Shown here: in pieces, positions 4,656 to 6,352 of the stretch
How the letters are laid out: every line of letters starts with the position of its first letter
Position numbering within the stretch: the stretch's first letter is position 1
Virus record (IMG/VR): IMGVR_UViG_3300005308_000021
Length of the DNA: 6,352 nt
Source: a virus
Reading direction: 5' to 3' (one strand)
Notes under the pieces: model-generated
Databases searched by the model: none
The model's input: the letters and a program-made list of their open reading frames with translations, nothing else
What the model was told of the DNA's origin: nothing
Program-made: the position numbers and the translations under genes

Positions 4656-5591
4656 ATGTGGGGCGCAATTGCTTCAATAGGCTCGTCTCTGATCGGTGGC
4701 CTATTTGGTAAAAAGAAAAAGCAAGAAAAAACCGTTACTGAAAGCCATGTCGATTATGGTCGCATGGTCCGTGAGGCGGAAGCTGCCGGATTTAACCCTC
4801 TGACTGCTCTAAGAAATGGTGGAAGCGCTGGCTTCTCCGTTTCTACATCAACAACACCTGCCAATCCTCTTAGTTCACCTGTGGCAGGTGGTTTAGCTGG
4901 TGCCGTCGAAAACGGTCTTAATCATTTTCTCGAAAATTATGATCCCTTCCGGGATAATGCTAAGGAAGCCGAATTTGATATCGTTCAGGCACAACTCAAC
5001 AAGCTACAGAATAACGTTTCTGGGTCTGTTGGGTTTGGTGATGTTCCCTCCTATGGCTCTCCTGCTAATCGTGTTGTTTTGGGTATGCCAGTACTCGCAA
5101 CTGCAAGTAATCGTAAAACTGTTGCTGAGACTGTCGCTCCTCCGACCAATCGGGATAAGGAAACGCCCTATAAAGGTCGTGTACCCGAGGGTCATCAAAC
5201 AATGGAAGTCCCCGAACTGGACAACGTAATCCCCACGATTGCAGGCTCCGCTCAACCTAATTCTAATCCTCTTGGTATTCAGCCCCCTGAAACTAAACGT
5301 CCTGAACGCATAAATCCGTATCCTTCTTGGTCGAATTTAGAGCGTAATCCTTGGACTGCTGGGGCTGAGGCTACAGAAGATGCTCTAGGCGATAACTTTA
5401 TTAATTCCACACTCGCGACAGTTAGTGAGTACGGCCATGATGCCGCTTGGAATGTTTATCGCGGTGCAAGAGCTGTTGAGCGGGAACGCCGTGCTCTCTC
5501 GTCTGGTACTGACCGAAAGAAAAACGTTGGCATGAAAGACGTAGTTAAAGACGTCTGGAATAACGGCTTCAAATTTCGTGGTGCCAAATAA
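4656..5591 (+). CDS. VP2: DNA pilot / minor capsid protein (VP2 / H-like), 311 aa
   Basis: The Gly-rich hydrophobic N-terminus MWGAIASIGSSLIGGLFGKKKK and the following ..EAEAAGFNPLTAL.. block resemble the conserved AGLNP(M/I)L region of gokushovirus VP2. The rest is low-complexity and P/S/N-rich, as is usual for pilot proteins. An AGGG Shine-Dalgarno lies upstream. The ORF continues seamlessly across the circular junction at 5507/5508. Confidence 0.78.
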   Translation: MWGAIASIGSSLIGGLFGKKKKQEKTVTESHVDYGRMVREAEAAGFNPLTALRNGGSAGFSVSTSTTPANPLSSPVAGGLAGAVENGLNHFLENYDPFRDNAKEAEFDIVQAQLNKLQNNVSGSVGFGDVPSYGSPANRVVLGMPVLATASNRKTVAETVAPPTNRDKETPYKGRVPEGHQTMEVPELDNVIPTIAGSAQPNSNPLGIQPPETKRPERINPYPSWSNLERNPWTAGAEATEDALGDNFINSTLATVSEYGHDAAWNVYRGARAVERERRALSSGTDRKKNVGMKDVVKDVWNNGFKFRGAK

Positions 5592-5665
5592 TGAAATGTC
5601 GTCGCTGTAAAAAACGCGCTGTTAAAATCCGAAAAATTTTTCGGAAATTCAAAGGAAAAAAGTAA
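5591..5665 (+). CDS. Second copy (overrun) of the 24-aa basic micro-ORF
   Basis: Same sequence as 84..158, shifted by 5507. Confidence 0.6.
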   Translation: MKCRRCKKRAVKIRKIFRKFKGKK

Positions 5666-6352
5666 TGTCCTTGACTAACGCCAAGATGAACACGAACCCA
5701 ATTTATACCCCTCAAACTATACGCCGTCAGACGGCGCGAGGTATTACCTCGATTGATGCGGGTAAGATGGTTCCTATCGCTGCATATCCTTTGTTGCGCG
5801 AAGAAAGCATTGTTTCCGGCCGTGTACGTTTCAACTTTGAAATGATGGAAACGGCGGAAATGCTTATGAATGCCATTAACGTTCGCGTTATGGCTTATTT
5901 GGTCCCTACACTCGCATTTGAACGCTTCAGCGGTTCTATGGACCAATTGAACCGCTCGTATTCTGGTGAAAGCTTTAAAGGCTTGCCAGTAGTGCCTTAT
6001 ATCGAGACCCATCCAATGGGTGCGCACGGCTCTAATGCCGTTTATAAGTCAATTGGTCTTCATGCGCGGCCTGACCAACAGGTCAATACTGCCTACCTTG
6101 AGGCTTACAATTGTATTTGGAATTTCCGCGCTAAAAATCGTTCTGGCGATTTACAACTCCGCGAACGCTTAGACCCGACCCTAGCTCCTGCCTTCTGGCA
6201 ACATGAGCGCTTCAAGCATATCGTGCCTGATTTTGACCAAGCTATTATTGACGGTGAAGTTCGTTTGAACGTCCCGGAAGGACGGCTTCCTGTTGTCTTT
6301 GACAAAAAGCCGGCTAATCCGGGTTTCCGTATGGTCAATTCGACTGATGGTA
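5665..6352 (+). CDS. VP1: Major capsid protein, 5' partial duplicate (overrun copy of 158..845)
   Basis: Same sequence as 158..845, shifted by 5507, and truncated by the window end. Confidence 0.9.
   Translation, partial: MSLTNAKMNTNPIYTPQTIRRQTARGITSIDAGKMVPIAAYPLLREESIVSGRVRFNFEMMETAEMLMNAINVRVMAYLVPTLAFERFSGSMDQLNRSYSGESFKGLPVVPYIETHPMGAHGSNAVYKSIGLHARPDQQVNTAYLEAYNCIWNFRAKNRSGDLQLRERLDPTLAPAFWQHERFKHIVPDFDQAIIDGEVRLNVPEGRLPVVFDKKPANPGFRMVNSTDG

Larger units (their letters stand above)
5508..6352. repeat. Terminal overrun, copy B (same sequence as 1..845)
   Basis: See copy A. Confidence 0.95.

Noticed and set aside
62-5255. All minus-strand ORFs in the track (62..520, 598..831, 887..1429, 1493..1849, 1761..2108, 2239..2511, 2840..3103, 3273..3458, 3726..3977, 3787..4254, 5004..5255 and their overrun copies)
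   Set aside because: Each is antisense to a + strand gene, most of which carry recognisable family motifs. Their products are R/H/C/S-rich and low-complexity, as is typical of antisense frames. Known Microviridae encode all genes on one strand. Only 3787..4254 is left slightly open, because its + strand partner (3893..4351) has no recognised family.
1-6352. Search for tRNA, rRNA, CRISPR repeats, integrase/transposase, toxin-antitoxin or defence-system genes
   Set aside because: There are no spaced direct-repeat arrays and no cloverleaf-like segments in the only two noncoding regions. Every ORF-sized interval is accounted for by the phage genes listed above.

Overview
The window is one complete circular ssDNA phage genome of the family Microviridae. 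The unit length is 5,507 nt. It is written out with an 845-nt overrun: bases 1..845 recur at 5508..6352 (identical wherever I compared them), and the pilot-protein ORF reads straight across the junction. This is a linearisation artefact of a circle, not a biological repeat. All credible genes lie on the + strand and form two modules separated by two structured intergenic regions (2854..2960 and 4352..4463). Module 1 runs 4464 -> 2853 through the circular junction and is tightly packed, with stop/start overlaps or gaps of 0-1 nt. It encodes a 63-aa two-TMD protein, a pilot protein (VP2/H-like), a 24-aa highly basic micro-ORF that is absent from the ORF track (J/VP8-like), the major capsid protein (VP1/F), a 176-aa acidic protein, and an M15/LAS-family peptidoglycan peptidase. 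Module 2 (2961..4351) encodes the HUH rolling-circle Rep (VP4/A-like) and an overlapping 152-aa strongly basic protein. I found no tRNA, rRNA, CRISPR array, integrase or transposase. The items most worth follow-up are: the muralytic endolysin plus a candidate holin in a phage family classically described as lysing without an endolysin; the hidden 24-aa basic gene; the two uncharacterised proteins; and the long perfect hairpins in both intergenic regions. All functional calls come from motifs read by eye. No database search was run.
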